DNA of 64,000 nucleotides from Candidatus Woesearchaeota archaeon (GTDB lineage Archaea; Nanobdellota; Nanobdellia; Woesearchaeales; UBA583): NCBI GenBank assembly GCA_965205335.1, contig OZ242164.1, positions 32,001 to 96,000 of the forward strand, read 5' to 3'. Shown piece by piece: positions 61,329 to 64,000 of this stretch (position 1 is its first letter; each line of letters starts with the position of its first letter). The notes under the pieces were generated by a model. It saw only the letters and a program-made list of their open reading frames with translations, ran no database searches and was not told where the DNA came from. The position numbers and the translations under genes were made by a program.

Positions 61329-61775
61329 TCAAAGAATTTGGTTGCAAAAATCTTTTATAAGATCTTTATCCAATTCAAATTCTTTTCTATATCCAAGATA
61401 ATTTCTTGATTTTGGCGTTATTTTTTTACCTTCTTTTAGTTCTTTGAAAGTTATACATTTAATATGTTTTCTTGAAACAACAATAAAATAACAATTCTTA
61501 TATGGATATCCTTTAGGTAAATTTTTTATTGAAAATTCTTCATTAACTCTAAACTTCACTTCTATAAAATAAATTTTTTTACCCTTTTGAACAACAAAAT
61601 CAGGCATACTCCTTATATATGTAGCCACATCACTTTTAACTCCTTTTAGACGAGGCATTATGCCTGGGACAGTTTTTTCCATTCCATATCCATACACATT
61701 ATAATCTGAATTAAGAAAAAGTTCTTCAATTAAATTTTCAGTAGTTCTTCCTTTAATCACATTTTCTTTTTTCAT
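61329..61775 (-). CDS. PD-(D/E)xK nuclease-fold protein
   Basis: GRTTE..MPDFVV..FIEVKFR. Confidence 0.75.
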   Translation of the reverse strand: MKKENVIKGRTTENLIEELFLNSDYNVYGYGMEKTVPGIMPRLKGVKSDVATYIRSMPDFVVQKGKKIYFIEVKFRVNEEFSIKNLPKGYPYKNCYFIVVSRKHIKCITFKELKEGKKITPKSRNYLGYRKEFELDKDLIKDFCNQIL

Positions 61776-61807
61776 TCTTTGATTTTTTATTAATTAATAA
61801 TTTGCTT

Positions 61808-62605
61808 TCACTTTATTTTATTTTTATAGTATTTATTCTTGAAATCATGTAAATTCATAGTTCCCATAGACCTATTACAACTCATACAAATAGGCTTTAA
61901 ATTTGATATATTATCACTTCCACCTTTAGCAACTGCTTTAATATGTCCTGCTTCAAATCTATGAGTGTCAATTGATTTGCTGCATACAAAACAATTTCCT
62001 TTATACTTTTTTCCAAAATTTCTTATCCACAAATCTTTTTTTACAGATTTAGGAATGCTCTTTCTTTTCCCTTGATGTTCGTAACTATCATCATTAAATA
62101 AATCTAATCCAAAATCCATAGCACTTCCTTTTTTCTTTATTGTTTTAATAGGTGGTTCTTCGCCTAACCATATCCAATAATCTTCTTTCCATTCTTTATT
62201 TGAACCATGATTACATTTTTTACAAATAAAATAATGTCTATCATATTTCTTTTCTCTCATTATAGTTTTTTGGCTACTTTCATCATCTTCAGTAGTTCCA
62301 TCCTCATATTGAAATTCTCTTTCATAATAAGTATAGGGTTCTTTTTTAATTCCTAAATCTTCTTCCCATTCTGTATTTTCATTTTTTGTGAATATTCTTT
62401 TACATCTTGGACATTGTGTATTGTAAATATGATAAGTTCCCATTCCTGAGAGGATTGGAACAATAATAAAATATATCTTTAAACTTGTATTGGTTGAATA
62501 CATAAATAAAAGAACTTCTATTATTACAGTGATTAATGTAATTCCACCTAAAATATATAGTGGATTTTTGTAGTATTCCAGAGGTTCTATATCATAACTT
62601 TCCAT
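61808..62605 (-). CDS. Two-TM + Zn-ribbon + HNH endonuclease
   Basis: RKSIP..CFVC..GHIKAVAKGGSDNISNLKPICMSCN. Confidence 0.85.
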   Translation of the reverse strand: MESYDIEPLEYYKNPLYILGGITLITVIIEVLLFMYSTNTSLKIYFIIVPILSGMGTYHIYNTQCPRCKRIFTKNENTEWEEDLGIKKEPYTYYEREFQYEDGTTEDDESSQKTIMREKKYDRHYFICKKCNHGSNKEWKEDYWIWLGEEPPIKTIKKKGSAMDFGLDLFNDDSYEHQGKRKSIPKSVKKDLWIRNFGKKYKGNCFVCSKSIDTHRFEAGHIKAVAKGGSDNISNLKPICMSCNRSMGTMNLHDFKNKYYKNKIK

Positions 62606-62653
62606 ATTAAATATAAGTTTCAGTTTAATCTTTTATAAACTTAATTATTTGAT

Positions 62654-63684
62654 GGCACTGTCCATAAATTCAAATCGAAGAATTAATAAAGTGTAAAGTT
62701 GATAGTTTTTTATGTTAGAACACACCAACTTTACTAATAGTTTACATAAGGAAGTACTTAAACTTTGTCATAGTTTAAGGTTAAGGCCTCACAATTTTGT
62801 GAGGGGTTGCAAACTCTTTAACAATTATCAAAGAGTTTCTATAATAGTCTTATACATCCAATCAGGAAAATCCTTTAGAAGGTTTGTAAGCAACATAGAC
62901 GGCAGTTTAACTATTTGGAAACATTGGTTGCAGTTAAAACGCCTTCCAAAGAAATCAACGCTTCATAAGTGGTTAAAGTTCTTCTCAGTTAGTTTTATCC
63001 GCAACCTAATTAGACTTTCTTTAGAAAATCCTAATCCGGACATTGTAGCAATTGATGGTTCGGGAATTGATGCAGACCATAAAACTACTTATTACAAACA
63101 TCGGATTGGATTTGAACCCAAATCACCTTGGCACAAATTAGATATGATTTGTGACGTACAAGGCTCTAAACAAATAATAGACTTTTCTTTCTTGGTTAAG
63201 AATCAGCATGATTCAAAAGTTGCAAACAAACTTTTCAAAAGACTCAAAATAAAGAAGAGTGTTATTGTGGCAGACAAAGGATACTTTTCCTTTGATCATT
63301 TAGAAAATTTAAATGAAAAAGACATAGATTTGATTTTCCCCCCCAAAAGACTATGCGAAAACCAAGCATAATGCTTTTAAGCATTGGAAAATCAAACAAA
63401 AATACCTGAAAAATAAAGAAATATACAATAAAAGGAACAATGTGGAGAGTGTGTTTTCATCCCTCAAGAGAGTTCAAGGCCTAAATATCAGAAGTAGGAT
63501 ACATTTTATGAAAAAAAGGGAGATGGCATGGAATATTCTTTGGTATAACATAAGAAAAAAACTTTCTTATGTAATTTTCTTCTATGAAAATTGGATAATT
63601 TTCAAAAGAAAAATAATAATGTTTTAGTATCAAATTGTATTTTCATCTCTTTTATTTTAAAAAAATTAATTTATGGACAGAGCC
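62654..63684 (+). mobile_element. IS5-family insertion sequence (1031 bp)
   Basis: TIR GGCACTGTCCATAAATT / AATTTATGGACAGAGCC; perfect 8-bp TSD TATTTGAT. Confidence 0.92.
62712..63627 (+). pseudogene. IS5-family transposase with a frameshift at a C7 run
   Basis: AIDGSG, HDS, ADKGY, then YNKRNNVESVFSSLKR in the shifted frame after ~63340. Confidence 0.85.
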
Positions 63685-63696
63685 TATTTGATGAGT

Positions 63697-64000
63697 TGTT
63701 GTGTAAACGGGTGACATATGTCACCAGTCTAAAAATTAACAAGACTTGTTAATTTTATGAAAAAATACGAAATTAGGAAAGTTTTCATAAAACTAAGAAT
63801 TAAAGAAAACTCTTGTTCTAAATGCAAGAAAATACTTGCTGAGAAGTGCAAATACTTTGTAAGTATTCGTACTTTAAAACGTTGACAACAACGTTTTGAT
63901 AAAGAAATATGGAATTATCAAGATAAGTCTACAAGACCAAACAAGATCTATTACAAAGTTACTTTAGAAGCTGAGAAAGCAATTTTAAATCTTTGATATA
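63697..64000 (+). mobile_element. IS481-like element left end and disrupted transposase start
   Basis: TGT-starting end; ORF from 63757 ..SIRTLKR*QQRF...DKSTRP.. with TGA at 63883. Confidence 0.65.

Noticed and set aside
63757-64000. TGA at a Trp-like position suggesting an alternative genetic code
   Set aside because: Isolated case in a decayed IS; TGA ends other genes normally and long ORFs are intact under the standard code.
1-64000. DGR, retron or canonical integron as the cause of variability
   Set aside because: No reverse transcriptase, no adenine-specific TR/VR pair, no tyrosine recombinase and no GTTRRRY-type attC pattern recognised in the window.

Overview
Very AT-rich 64-kb accessory/defence island, most likely from a DPANN-type archaeon such as Woesearchaeota/Pacearchaeota. 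This is an inference from TATA-like boxes ~25 nt upstream of many starts, archaeal-type IS5/IS6 elements and small archaeal TA genes; no housekeeping genes are present. It holds a Type II R-M + Vsr module carried inside an IS6-family element, a DUF4011-helicase-Vsr-DUF3320 (Hhe-like) gene, a Dam + nuclease-DGQHR pair, a second Type II R-M pair, a Type I R-M locus with a decapitated hsdR, sacsin/DUF3883, SIR2-like, Mrr, HNH, GIY-YIG and DNase I-like genes, and many RelE/MazF/PIN/HEPN toxin-antitoxin genes and fragments. Four signals stand out. (1) A 33-aa TALE-like repeat protein with a variable di-residue. (2) Seven same-orientation 28-bp 11-6-11 dif-like palindromes. (3) A 128-bp MITE family related to an IS5 element in the window. 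(4) A recurring pattern in which identical flanking 'scaffold' sequences hold different, unrelated genes, suggesting an undescribed cassette-swapping mechanism. A tRNA-like element lacking a D-arm lies next to a stacked transposon insertion site.
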